Counted from the first letter of the stretch, positions 8,572-19,700 are shown. The stretch: 32,000 bases of DNA from Candidatus Kuenenia stuttgartensis (GCF_900232105.1 NZ_LT934425.1:4230001-4262000); one strand, 5' to 3'. Notes: generated by a model from the letters alone, not told the origin. Numbers and translations are program-made.

Positions 8572-9720
8572 CTATTCCGGTTTAACGAACATTTCCAACA
8601 ACTCCTGTAACGAGCATGAAATCTGCATTTTTCCAACTGCTGACTGTGTTGTCTGGGAGACAAGTACACGTTTATCCGCTCCAACCAGATCGGCAGCGCG
8701 GTTGAGGCTGTCAAAATCCTGCAAAGAAGGGTTCGACGTCAACTTCACTTCAATAGCCCATAATTTGTTCTTGTAACGGAACATGAGATCAATCTCAGCG
8801 CCATCAGCCGTACGGAAGAACCATGGATCCACCGGCCATCCGGTCATATTCAAGGTGTCCAGGATTTGCCCGATAACAAACCCTTCCCAACTTGCGCCCA
8901 CCCATGGTTGATTAAGAAGCGTTTCATAGTCCTGAACACCAAGCAAACTGTGAAGAATGCCGGTATCACGCCAATAACACTTCGGACTACGAACAAGCCG
9001 TTTCTTCACATTTGCAAACCAGGGTTGAAGCTTCCGAATGAGAAAAGTCCCTTCCAGAAAATGGACATAGGTATTGACCGTATGGTACGAAAGGCCGAGG
9101 CTTTGACCAATTTGCGAGGCATTCCACAATTGGCCATGAACGGCTGCCAACATTCTCAACAAACGTTGCATCACTTGTGGTTTGGCGCTTAACCCCCAGC
9201 TTGGTAAGTCACGTTGCGTCATGAGGTCGAGATAGTCCTTTTGCCATTGTGGATAGCGGTCGGACGTCAAAACACCGCCATCAGGAAAACCACCCCGTAA
9301 CCATAATTCCGTCATTGGGATATCAGGAAGTTCGGTGAGAGTCAAAGGGGTTAATTCAACCAGGGAGAGACGTCCTGCCAGGGACTCAGAAACATGTTTC
9401 ATGAGCGCCGGTGAAACAGAACCCAGCAGCAGGAAGCGACCAAGCCTTTGTCGTTCCATATCTATTGCCCCACGTAAGCGCGGAAATAATTCCGGCCATG
9501 ACTGGGCCTCGTCAAGGACTATAAGGCGTTTGGTCTTGATCAACGAAGGCCATTGGACGTCCAGACGCAGTTGTTCTGGTTCTTGTTCCAGATCGAAATA
9601 GTCAGTTGACAAAGAGCGCGCCAGCGTGGTTTTGCCGGACTGGCGTGGTCCGATTAAAGCTACCGCCGGATACGATTTCAGGCGCTGTTGTACCAGCGTT
9701 TTTATCTTTCTTGCGATAAT
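8572..9720 (-). CDS. AAA-like ATPase with DUF4143 domain
   Basis: Walker A ALIGPRQSGKTTLAR, Walker B KRLIVLDEAQSWPELF, LLLGSVSPALMKHVSESLAGR, and C-terminal DUF4143-type region FRTADGAEIDLMF..LWAIEVKLT. Start chosen at internal Met (MIIARKIKTLV); ORF track 8572..9759. Confidence 0.9.
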   Translation of the reverse strand: MIARKIKTLVQQRLKSYPAVALIGPRQSGKTTLARSLSTDYFDLEQEPEQLRLDVQWPSLIKTKRLIVLDEAQSWPELFPRLRGAIDMERQRLGRFLLLGSVSPALMKHVSESLAGRLSLVELTPLTLTELPDIPMTELWLRGGFPDGGVLTSDRYPQWQKDYLDLMTQRDLPSWGLSAKPQVMQRLLRMLAAVHGQLWNASQIGQSLGLSYHTVNTYVHFLEGTFLIRKLQPWFANVKKRLVRSPKCYWRDTGILHSLLGVQDYETLLNQPWVGASWEGFVIGQILDTLNMTGWPVDPWFFRTADGAEIDLMFRYKNKLWAIEVKLTSNPSLQDFDSLNRAADLVGADKRVLVSQTTQSAVGKMQISCSLQELLEMFVKPE

Positions 9721-9928
9721 CATACAAAATAGAATACAATTTCTATTTTGCAATATCAAGATATTTCCAAAATGTTTCGATTCAGGTTACAAGCCTGAAC
9801 CCGCCTGGAAAAATTGAAAGGAAATTCTCACTTTTGAAGATTTTACCACCCTTTCTTTTTGTTTAGCGCATATGAGTTATTTCGGTACGGATGCTCACCG
9901 AAACAGGTAAATAAAAAAACACAATTAC

Positions 9929-10073
9929 TTAATATTTAAGACGTGCCCCTCAGTCCTCTCCTGCCATCCAAGCTACATGGCTCCGGCTTTTACCATGACG
10001 GGTCTTTCACCCGTTAGAAAGCAATACTCTTCTCTGGGCACGCTAATATTTAAGACGTGACCCTCAACCCTCT
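9929..10073. repeat. Direct repeat pair flanking a possible group II intron domain fragment
   Basis: taatatttaagacgtgcccctcagtcctct (9929-9958) and taatatttaagacgtgaccctcaaccctct (10044-10073). The sequence between them reads on the minus strand ...ctaacgggtgaaagacccgtcatggtaaaagccggagcc.... Confidence 0.5.
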
Positions 10074-10094
10074 ACAGACGTTACCCTGAACAAA

Positions 10095-10170
10095 GTGTAA
10101 AAATGGCAGTTCCTAAAAATGGTTATTCATGGCAATTTGTCAATAATAAAAATTTGACACCTCCATATTT
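10095..10170. repeat. ~75-bp dispersed direct repeat, copy 2
   Basis: Matches 7665-7745 (gttcctaaaaatggttattcat.g.aatttgtcaataataaa.atttga..cctccatat). It lies immediately past the stop of the RHS gene. Confidence 0.75.
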
Positions 10171-10176
10171 TCCCTC

Positions 10177-13100
10177 TTATTTGTTACGGGTTTGTGGCGT
10201 GCCGCAAGGACGTTCACAAACTGCGTAACCCACAGATCTGGTGTATATGCCATTTGACGCTTCAGGTGGTGGGGCAGAACCACGATAGTACGGGTGATAG
10301 TAACTCTTCATTTCACTCACCTTTTCAATCAAACCAATAAGCAGGAATTCCTTACACGCCTCTCCTTCCTTCTTTCCATTCCATGATGTCGCGTTTCCGA
10401 TTGTAGAACCGAATGAATATGAATAAGAACCCTGAACCTGATATGGTGCTTTTTCCACTCCACCCGTAATCTGGAACGAATGCTGACTGCTTTCCTCAAA
10501 GTATAATGACCAGCTTCCTTCTACCCCTTCTCCACAACCACTTTGAGGTCTCTGGAAATTAGGAGGTTCGACCCATTCATAATTAAGGGAAAAGCTTGGT
10601 TTCCAATACCTTTTGCCACCCCATGATGGCCCTGCAATTTCGTAATCACCTGCCCTCAAAAATTTGTTATCATTTGGGTCATCCGACGGCATACTTCTCC
10701 GTGTCCAGCCGGAGCCGGAGGGGCAAGGGTCTTGCGATCTTAATCCAAACGGGTCCACCCTTACTGTAGGTTGTCCGCCCACATACTCATACAGTAGCAG
10801 TCCCGTATCGTATCCAATCGGATCCCTGCTTACAAACCTTCCTTGATCCGCGTTCATGTACCGCATACGGTAGTAATAAACTCCAGTTTCCGGATCTAGT
10901 CGGCGACCCGTAAACAGATACGGATTGTCAATACTGCCAATGCCGCCTGATGTAACCACATCGTCACCGTCAAAATCCACTGTGCCATTTGCCCCGGATT
11001 CAAATACCGTTTGAAGACCATAGGCATCATATTGATAGCCTTCTACAACTTCGCCGTTATTATCAGTTAATGCAAATATGGAGTACAATGTATTCTGATG
11101 ATAAAATAACTGCTCGTCACCGGCGCTGGTAGCGCTGTCGTCACTGTCCACATTTCGATTCAGCACAAGAGGTTCGTCTATGTACATCCCAAAGACATAT
11201 TGTTGTAATACGCTATCGGCATCATCCCGTTCCTCGATCTCCCGCCATCCATCCAGGTAAAAGTTTGTGGTTCCATCTAAATCACCGGAGTTCGACACCA
11301 CTTTGCGAATGCGGCGTCCCGATGCATCATACGTATAGGCGGAGATTACGGCGCTATCTGTTTTTCTGCTCACAGTGTACAGCCGGTTTGCAAAGTCATA
11401 TACATAAGTGTTTGTTCCATCGTCAGTCAAATTACCATTGTTGTCATGCGCCTGAGAAGCGCCTTTAAAGTCAACGTACTCATTCATTTCATTTGCGGTA
11501 TTTTTAAAGGTTTCAGTGCCAATCGTAAGCGTTAGCCAATTCCCTAAGCCGTCAAACCCCCAGTCCGTTTGGTTCTCACCGGCCTTCCCTTTACCATTCT
11601 TATCTTTGTAGAGCGAAGTGTTATTTCGCTCTTCGTAAGGCGAAGCGACGCTTCGCCCTGCATTACTGGATGCCTTTTTGGGGTCAATGACGTCTCGATT
11701 AAAGGTTATCAGCCTGTACACCGAATCATACGTATATACATCGCCTACGTTCTTTTTCCCGCTGAACTCGTGCAATCTGGTTTCGTACAATTTGTTACCC
11801 GCCCGGTCGTATCCATGTTCAAACCCGGCAACAAGGTCATTGTCTTTTGTAAGGTGTCTCAGCTTTACCGTACGTCGTGCCTTGTCGTAACCCTCGTTTT
11901 TTGTCCTCTTATCATTAAGAAAGGTCATACGAACACCGTTACTGTATGTCCGTTCCAAAATCCTTCCGGGTCCTATGTAATCATAGTCAACAATGTTTGT
12001 AGCAGAACCAGAATCTTTTATCGTGTCAATCCTGTCAAGCTTATCGTAGGAAGTTTCTATCTTCCTTCCATTGGGATAGATTAACGCCAGCCTGTTATTA
12101 GAGCCATCCCACTGGCTTGAGACGGCTTTGCCGTTCTGCACCTCTTCAAGAAGCCTGCCAAGGGAATCATAAGCATAAGCAACCGTAGCATCGTCCGCGG
12201 TATCGTTAGGGTTGTTATTGTCAAGAGATTTGGTGAGCCTTGAGAGTCCGTCATACTCAAATGCCTGCTGTGTTGTCCCAATAACCCCTGATGCCCTGGT
12301 TACATCCTTCTGCGTCAGACGGTTGAGTGCATCGTAAGTGAACTCTGTCACAGAGCCGTTCTCGTCGGTCGCTTTTACCAGATTGCTGTCCTTATCATAT
12401 TCGAACGTCTTTGTCGTCCCGTCGGCATTGGTCTGTTGTGTAAGACGGTTTGAATCATCATAGTCGTATTGTGTGGTATTTCCGTTATCGTCAGTTATTG
12501 CAGTGAGGTGGGAATTTTTGTCATACGTATAGGCAATGGTAATCTTTCCATCGGGGTTATACGGATTGGAGGTGTCGATAGCCCCATTGCCCTGTCCACC
12601 CTTCCGGAGGTCTCTTTCCTCTTTAATCTTCCGGTTGATTCCATCATAGTAGTAATGCACGGTGTTGCCATCCTTATTAATCTTGCCGTCATAAAGCCCC
12701 TGTTTGTCCTTTGTCTTTTTTCCATTTGGGTCACTGGTATAAATGAGATTATTACGGCTGTCGTAGGTAAATCTGGCGGTCTGCCCTATATTATCAGTTA
12801 CCCTGACTAAACGGTCCAGTGCGTCGTATTCGTTTATGGTGGTAAATTTCTCTGTCAATGAAGGGCTGTTCCCTTCCTGAGTGACCTCAGTTTCTTTGAC
12901 CATTGTCATATTGTTGTTTTCGTCGTAGGTGTAGTCTGCACGATTCCCTTCCGGGTCAATCCTTGCTATCAATCTGTTTACCCCGTCGTATTGTGATTCA
13001 AACACGTCTCCATCGTCCGCAATGGTAAAAGTCGTGCGTCCTTTGCGGTCGAATTCGTTTCGTGTTGTTACCCTGCCGTCATCAGATGTACCCAAAGGTC

Positions 13101-16100
13101 CATCTTTGAGGACAGTGGTACGGACGGTACTCACACCGTCAGCCACAAACAGTATTTCATCCTGCTGGTACTGCCTGTTCATCTCGTCAAAGAAGTACTC
13201 TGCCTGGCTTAACAACACGTTCCCAGAACCTGAATTGTCTTTCGGGCTTTCACCACCGATAGCGCCATAGCGTAATACCTTTATAACATTACCACTAGGA
13301 TCATACACCTGTTCTGCAACATTCCCTAAAGGGTCTGTAGTCTTAACGAGCCTGTTAAATCCGTCATATCCATACAGGATGCTGTCGTTCGCTCCGTCAC
13401 CGTTATTATCCTCTCCGTCTATTTGTTCAACAAGGTTTCCGTTCTTATCATAATTGTATGTTGTATTTGGAGAACCTCCGCTGCATCCGCACACATTAGT
13501 GGAGCGAAATACCTTGTCCCGTTCGTCATATTCCGTCTCCTGATAATTTCCCTCCGGCTGTATGACCTTTATCCTGTTTTCATTCGCATCGTAATGATAC
13601 TCAGTAACCAATGTTTCATTCTCGCTAACTTCCTTTGTCTCTTTAATTAAATGATCAAGAATGTCGTAGGAATAGGTGTACTCAACAAAATCCCCTGCAA
13701 GATCGCCGTTATTGCTGTCACTATTTTCAACCTCTTTCTTTACGATATTGTCATTATAATCGTACTCCATATAGGTGACATATTTGAATGCCTTTAAGTT
13801 TGTTTTTTTCTTTTTTCCTTTATTTTTAGAGACAGAGGCAGCACGGGTGATTTTGACTCTTTGATTGAGTTCGTTAACCACATATTCCGTAGCAATGCCG
13901 CGGCCATTGACTTCTTTTATTACATTTCCCACATCATCATAAAAATATTGAGTCTTAATCTTTGCCGGTTTTGAATTTTTACCGGAATTCCGCTTTGACG
14001 AGGAAGTGGTATCTGCTACTGCCTCTTTCAGATAACCAAAGTGATCTTTCCCCTTGCCATTAATCTTATCCTTTCCATCGCCGTCGGGGTCGTTCTCAGG
14101 TTGATAGTCGTATTCAGTAACATTCCCCTCGGTGTCGGTCTTTGATGTAATCTGGCCATATTTATTGTAGGTAAACAACTCCACAATTTCCTGTGATGTA
14201 TCGCCTTCAAGTTTCGCCTGATTGGAATCACTCAACAGATTTGCCGTCGGATAAACAATCTTGACCACATTGCCTGCAACGCCGTTGGTAACGCCGTCGC
14301 CGTTCAGATCGCCCAGACCAATTTTTACCCCTGCCTCATCAAGCATCGACTGAACGTCAGCACTTGAAACACCCAAGACCTCTGCTATCGCATTCAGATT
14401 GTTGCCTTCCTGATAGTCAAAATAATAGGTAGTAGTATAACGTGCTTTTGAATGCGTGCCGCCGTTGGGTGGCGCATAGCCGGCGTCGTTTCCCCGCGGG
14501 TCAGTCTCTGTTCTGGTACGATTGTATATCGGCTCATAGGTAAAAGTCGGGGTGATTTGCTGCTGGTCGCCCCCGCGGTCGCTGTCTGGTATCTGCTTAT
14601 TTTCAAGGAGATTCCCCTGTTTAAACCTGTCCTTTGTATAATCGGTTGAACTTGCATCCCCTGCGGCGAACGTATTTTCAACCTCATTTCCCTCTGGCAG
14701 CGTGGCTTTTACCCTTTCTCCATCTGCATTATATTCAAAGCCCGTCTCAAAATATGCCGGTTCACCCGTTCGCAGGCCTTTGGTATATTCCTTAATGGAT
14801 ATGGCATTCCCCAGTTTATTGTGCTCGTATATCGTCTTGTTACCGTTGCGGTCTGTCACCGTTACGCGATTGGCCGGTTCATTGGTACCCGAAGGGTTTG
14901 AGGTAAGTTCCTCATATACATACGTGACATCACCTCCTGCGGCAATTCCGCCGGCATTAGTTCCTCCGTAGGTCTGTTTTATAACGCGACCGTAGGCATA
15001 CGATGTGGAGTCTGTCTCATATACATTAATCACGCGCGGTGAGCCACCGACTGCCACTTCGTTCGGGGCTGTTATGGTCAAAAGGCCGTGGTTTAACGTT
15101 TCATCATCAAACCCTGATGAATAGGTATATTTAGTGGTCTTGCCATCAGGGAAGTCATTTCCATTAGTGGTACCGGTGACTGATGGAGAGGTTACAGAGA
15201 CGAGATCGCCGTTGCCGTCATATTCAAATTTAATGGTTCTATCGGCAAAATCCTTTACCCCGGTGAGTCGTCCGTCACTGTTATAATTGTACGAAATCTT
15301 CCTGCCAAGTGTGTCGGTAACTTCTGTGAGTCTGCTGTTGTCATCCCTTTTAAACTTCATGGAATTTCCGTGTCTGTCTTCCAGATTATTAAGGAAGCCA
15401 TTTTTATCATACGACTTTTTACTCCCCTGCCGGTCTCTTAGTATGAATGAACCGTCCTCATTTTTTGTTAGTCGGGTATAGGCTCCTAATGGAGTGCTAT
15501 ATGCGCCATCTGATTGTAAACCATAGAGGTCTGACCTGCCGTGACCATCCATAACGACAACACTCCCGACTTTTGTAAACGAACTACTGAATACAGGGGT
15601 AAAGGTATCCGTTGAAATGGCGTCCTGATTATCTTCCGTAATTTCAATTAGCCTGGAGTTATAGTTAAAATCCCAGTTATGTCCCAACGTCCCGTCATAG
15701 GTAATGCGGCTTTTGTAGGTGCGGGTAAACGCCCAGTCGAATCCGCGTCCGGGTATCTTGAGGTCTGTTGCCTGTAAGACGAATTCACCGTTATGGAGCG
15801 TTATGGGGTCGGGTGCGTCATTGATAAGACCAGGACTTGTAATCATGAAAGCTTCATCAGGTGGTGGACATATAGTGCAGGCAGCATCAATAAAAACGCC
15901 GCCATTTGCTCTCATGAGTTTTTTATAGTTTGTAGACGCATTATTTAAGGGTGTAACATACTGATCGTCATTGATCATAAGCCCGGTTGGTGACGTAACT
16001 GTCGGTGTCGGTTTTGGAGAGACCGTTGGGATTGGCGTTGGTTTAGCCTCTTTCACGGTAACAACCACCTCACAAATGCCGCCTGTATCGGTTTGTTCAT

Positions 16101-16443
16101 AATACCACTCAATTGCAAAGCTCGTTTGCCCAGCCCCTGTGGCGGTAATGGTAAACACGCCATGGTGGCTATAGAACTCCGTATCAGGAGATAGTGTTGC
16201 TATGCTGGTATCTCCCGTATATACCGGCCGATAATGGGTCACATCTTCCGTCAAATCAGCCGTGATCTGCCAGGTGGTGGTTTCCCCGACGTTCATTGTC
16301 ACTGCAACAGGGCCGCAATCGTGTGCCTGGGCAATGGGCAATTTTGTGAGTGCGGGAAGAATTAAAAAAGCGAGAGTAATCAATGTGGCTAAAATTAGTG
16401 TCCGGTTATAATGCACTGTTTTCCTGTCAAATAGTAAATACAT
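10177..16443 (-). CDS. Large secreted RHS/YD-repeat protein
   Basis: Signal peptide (ILATLITLAFLILPALTKLPIAQA), Pro/Thr linker (PTPIPTVSPKPTPT), DUF6531-like start (INDAPDPITLHNGEFVLQATDLKIPGRGFDWAFTRTY), dozens of YD repeats (YDELNRL.., YDGLNRL...), C-terminal core YLFTGRRLDPETGVYYYRMRYMNADQGRFVSRDPIGYDTGLLLYEYVGGQPTVRVDPFGL, then a ~150-aa variable tip. Start chosen at internal Met; ORF track end 16482. Confidence 0.93.
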   Translation of the reverse strand: MYLLFDRKTVHYNRTLILATLITLAFLILPALTKLPIAQAHDCGPVAVTMNVGETTTWQITADLTEDVTHYRPVYTGDTSIATLSPDTEFYSHHGVFTITATGAGQTSFAIEWYYEQTDTGGICEVVVTVKEAKPTPIPTVSPKPTPTVTSPTGLMINDDQYVTPLNNASTNYKKLMRANGGVFIDAACTICPPPDEAFMITSPGLINDAPDPITLHNGEFVLQATDLKIPGRGFDWAFTRTYKSRITYDGTLGHNWDFNYNSRLIEITEDNQDAISTDTFTPVFSSSFTKVGSVVVMDGHGRSDLYGLQSDGAYSTPLGAYTRLTKNEDGSFILRDRQGSKKSYDKNGFLNNLEDRHGNSMKFKRDDNSRLTEVTDTLGRKISYNYNSDGRLTGVKDFADRTIKFEYDGNGDLVSVTSPSVTGTTNGNDFPDGKTTKYTYSSGFDDETLNHGLLTITAPNEVAVGGSPRVINVYETDSTSYAYGRVIKQTYGGTNAGGIAAGGDVTYVYEELTSNPSGTNEPANRVTVTDRNGNKTIYEHNKLGNAISIKEYTKGLRTGEPAYFETGFEYNADGERVKATLPEGNEVENTFAAGDASSTDYTKDRFKQGNLLENKQIPDSDRGGDQQQITPTFTYEPIYNRTRTETDPRGNDAGYAPPNGGTHSKARYTTTYYFDYQEGNNLNAIAEVLGVSSADVQSMLDEAGVKIGLGDLNGDGVTNGVAGNVVKIVYPTANLLSDSNQAKLEGDTSQEIVELFTYNKYGQITSKTDTEGNVTEYDYQPENDPDGDGKDKINGKGKDHFGYLKEAVADTTSSSKRNSGKNSKPAKIKTQYFYDDVGNVIKEVNGRGIATEYVVNELNQRVKITRAASVSKNKGKKKKTNLKAFKYVTYMEYDYNDNIVKKEVENSDSNNGDLAGDFVEYTYSYDILDHLIKETKEVSENETLVTEYHYDANENRIKVIQPEGNYQETEYDERDKVFRSTNVCGCSGGSPNTTYNYDKNGNLVEQIDGEDNNGDGANDSILYGYDGFNRLVKTTDPLGNVAEQVYDPSGNVIKVLRYGAIGGESPKDNSGSGNVLLSQAEYFFDEMNRQYQQDEILFVADGVSTVRTTVLKDGPLGTSDDGRVTTRNEFDRKGRTTFTIADDGDVFESQYDGVNRLIARIDPEGNRADYTYDENNNMTMVKETEVTQEGNSPSLTEKFTTINEYDALDRLVRVTDNIGQTARFTYDSRNNLIYTSDPNGKKTKDKQGLYDGKINKDGNTVHYYYDGINRKIKEERDLRKGGQGNGAIDTSNPYNPDGKITIAYTYDKNSHLTAITDDNGNTTQYDYDDSNRLTQQTNADGTTKTFEYDKDSNLVKATDENGSVTEFTYDALNRLTQKDVTRASGVIGTTQQAFEYDGLSRLTKSLDNNNPNDTADDATVAYAYDSLGRLLEEVQNGKAVSSQWDGSNNRLALIYPNGRKIETSYDKLDRIDTIKDSGSATNIVDYDYIGPGRILERTYSNGVRMTFLNDKRTKNEGYDKARRTVKLRHLTKDNDLVAGFEHGYDRAGNKLYETRLHEFSGKKNVGDVYTYDSVYRLITFNRDVIDPKKASSNAGRSVASPYEERNNTSLYKDKNGKGKAGENQTDWGFDGLGNWLTLTIGTETFKNTANEMNEYVDFKGASQAHDNNGNLTDDGTNTYVYDFANRLYTVSRKTDSAVISAYTYDASGRRIRKVVSNSGDLDGTTNFYLDGWREIEERDDADSVLQQYVFGMYIDEPLVLNRNVDSDDSATSAGDEQLFYHQNTLYSIFALTDNNGEVVEGYQYDAYGLQTVFESGANGTVDFDGDDVVTSGGIGSIDNPYLFTGRRLDPETGVYYYRMRYMNADQGRFVSRDPIGYDTGLLLYEYVGGQPTVRVDPFGLRSQDPCPSGSGWTRRSMPSDDPNDNKFLRAGDYEIAGPSWGGKRYWKPSFSLNYEWVEPPNFQRPQSGCGEGVEGSWSLYFEESSQHSFQITGGVEKAPYQVQGSYSYSFGSTIGNATSWNGKKEGEACKEFLLIGLIEKVSEMKSYYHPYYRGSAPPPEASNGIYTRSVGYAVCERPCGTPQTRNK
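11606..11668. repeat. REP-like palindrome pair inside the RHS coding sequence
   Basis: tttgtagagcgaagtgttatttcgctcttcgtaaggcgaagcgacgcttcgcc: same family as 7194-7222 and 7452-7482; encodes GRSVASPYEERNNTSLYK on the minus strand. Confidence 0.8.
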
Positions 16444-16705
16444 ACATGCTCCTTTCTGTGATATAAAGATATTTATGCCCAAGAAATACGTGGAAAAACA
16501 ATTTGGATTTTCTCCGCCGTTCTCTTTCTCTATTTTTCTTCCGGTTTATTTAAATCAGGTATCAACGGTCCTCCCTATATAGGACGAAGAGTCTCTTCGC
16601 CCTACAGCCGCAATTTTAAAATTCCTTGTTCAATAGGATGAAAATTTCACATTCCAAATATTTAACACAAGAAAACTCACCGATAGCTCACCGATTCTCA
16701 ATATT

Positions 16706-19700
16706 TTAAAATTTCTTGCATTCCGGCTTGTGAGTACCGGATAGTATCGATCTGTACAGAGCTTCTGTTTCCGGTGAAGGTGTAATCTGATAAACCGAAG
16801 AGAGTGCATTCCTTAAATGGTGATAAACCTTAACTGCTTCCAAACGCTTGTCAAGCCTATGGTGACACATCATAAGCCGCTGGTAAAACTCCTCTGCAAG
16901 ATTATCTATCTCAATCGCCCTTTCATAATATTCCACTGCAATTTGCCATTGTTTCGCACGTTCCAGATAATTCCCTGATAACATAACCAGCCTGAAAAAC
17001 TTTTTCTGTAAGGATTTCCGGATTGATACAGTCCATAAACATGATATATCCGCCGGCAGAAAACACCCTTTATAGAGATCAAAGGCCTTTTCAAACAACT
17101 TTAAAACATCGGGTCGCACAAGGGGGACGGGCTTTTCAGATACGGATGCACCGGCAATTTCCTCCAGTAACCTTTCAAATACCCATACATCAACCCAGCA
17201 ATACCGGCTGTCAAGCGATAAATGTCCGCCTTGTAGCTTGATTGCCGCATCATTGCCAATGAGGCGGCGCAACCGGTACAATGTGCTCTCAAAGGCATGA
17301 TGCGCCATGTCTCCTTCTGTATCGGGCCACAGCATATTTGTTACCCGGTCTATAGATACTTCCTTGCTTCCCAGTGAAATAATCGCCTTGATAAGTTCCA
17401 ATGGCTTGCGCGGTACCTTTCCGGACATGGAAACGGGGCTGTCTTCTTTCAGCAGGGTAAACCTCCCCAGCGTGAATATCTTTAACGGCCACGGCCAGTT
17501 TTCACACCCCAGAGGCGGCGTATCGGGAACCAGTTTGCGTGTGCGGACAAGTTCACGGACGTACTCGGCCTCGATTCCTGCCTCAAGCGCCTTTATGCAC
17601 AATCGTGAGACGACTTCAGGCCGCCATAAGAAGCAGTTGATGAAACGATGTTCCCTCCCAAACGACATTGCCTTGCGCAACGCTGCCAGCCCCTCTTCCT
17701 CTGAAGTTCCTTTTCCGCTACACTCCAATGCTAACCAGGCTTTCGTCAGGAGGCACATATGTTTGATAAGCTTGCTCTTTGTCTGCCGTCCAATTTGTTG
17801 GGCACGATTGAGCCAGGATATTGCTTCACGGTATTCTCCCCTTGCCGCAAAGATATGTGCCGCTGCAACATGATTTACCGCAACAGGGAGATACGCTCCT
17901 ATCTTTGCGACCAGGCTGGTATGTATTCTCATGTGTTCTGCGGCAGATGACAAATTTCCACTGGTCAGATCTCTCCATGCACACAGGAAGTGATAGAAGA
18001 TAATGTCGATTTTTCGTGCATGTGTCAGACCGGACGCTATTTTACGAATCATTCCATTGGCTGTTTCAATATCTCCGTCGCTCAGTGCTGCGCAAGCCGC
18101 AAATGAGAGGAGGTGGTGATCCCAGAAATGTATGCCCGTTTCGCAAGAAAGCTTTAACGCCTCAGAAACAGTACGAAGACACGACTCAACGGAACCTGTA
18201 AGCCATGCATACATGGCCTTTGTATTTTCCCACAAAAGGCGCTCCATCGGAAGGATTGTTTCGGATCGTAACCCTTCGCTGATCGAGTTTATTACAATGC
18301 CGACATTTGCAAAATCACCCATCCACAAGTAATGTACCGCAAGATGAAATCCGAGCTGGAGACGAAGGTTTACCTCTCTGCACTCCTGCAGACACAAAAA
18401 AACGCGGTGAGCCCATTTATCAATCTCAGGGTGATTTGGTTCCCTCATCGCCATAATGAAAAACCTGCAGGGAAGAACCCTCAATTCAACTTCAAATGAA
18501 GGGAAGGGTGTTCTTTTCTGAAATATGTCATCAAATAATGAAGCATAGTTGTCAAGACGGGGAAAATCTTCAAATTCGTGAAAAATAGTATCTACCGCAT
18601 ACGACCAGGACAGCCACATGCCCGTTTGTTCATTCCAGGCGCGGAACTGCATAAATGCCCTGTCAAAACAACCACGGCTTTCTGTAAGATTGTACGATAA
18701 TTTACAAACACCGTGCCAGTAAAGGATCCACGGTTCATTATCTCTTGTTTCTTCAGGAATATTTGTAATCCATTCCACAAGCGTCTTTGTTCTCCCCTGC
18801 GCTATGAGGGACGATGCATGGCTGCAGGTTAGCTTGATAAGACCATCCCAGTCACCAACATTAATGAATAAAAGGGCAGCATCTTCTATTTGCCCTGATT
18901 TTCCAAGAAGTGCGGCAGCCTTTCGCTGCATAGCAGACAATCTTCCGGTGTCAAAAGAATCCCTTGCCCTGGAGAGCAGAAATTCCCTGAAAAGCGGGTG
19001 GTATTGATAAATAGTCTCCTTCTGATAGTGTGCCGTGGTAAAGTAATTCTTTCGGGTCAGTTCGTGCAGGATGCGTCCCGATTCGCTGACGCCGGTGAGT
19101 TTTTCTGCCATGTGTATCGTCATTCTTGGCAAAAAGGCTGTCTTAAGTAAGAATATCTGCGTTTTCTTATCTGTCTTTATAAAGATTTCATTTGCAAAAT
19201 AGTCAAATGCCTTTTCGTATATTGATCCGCTTCGTAGCGTATCATCAAGACCCTTTGTTCTTATGTGCTCCGCTATAAGTACAAGACCTGCCGCCCAGCC
19301 TTCTGTTTGTGTGTATAACCGGGTTAAGGATGTGTTTGCTATTCTCTTTTTTGCCCCTACCAGAAGTATCTCCTTAGACTCTTTCATGGTAAACCTGACC
19401 TCTTCCCGTCCAATAAGATGGGATTTATTGTTTGCACTAATACTGGCATAGTGGGGAGGCGGGTCATTCCGGCTGACGGCTATAATACTGATACCATCAG
19501 GGATTATATCGAGGCTGCTGGTAAGCGTTTTATGAAATAAAGAATTAACAGGCGCATCCTGTATATTGTCAAAAACGATTATCCATGGTGACGTCAGTCT
19601 GCTATACAACTCTTCAAAATACCGTTTGGTAAACAGGGGAATACTCTGTTGGTACTCAGGCGTTAACAAGGGGAGGGGTTTCCTATGCGATGGAACAGCC

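Noticed and set aside
10664-15928. Numerous ORFs on the plus strand opposite the RHS gene (e.g. 11569..12084, 12469..12810, 13022..13270, 14702..14971)
   Set aside because: They are antisense to a strongly supported YD-repeat coding frame, have low-complexity translations and no recognisable domains; treated as shadow ORFs.
10177-16443. RHS locus as a complete toxin-immunity system
   Set aside because: No recognisable toxin domain in the tip and no adjacent immunity ORF; reported only as an open question.
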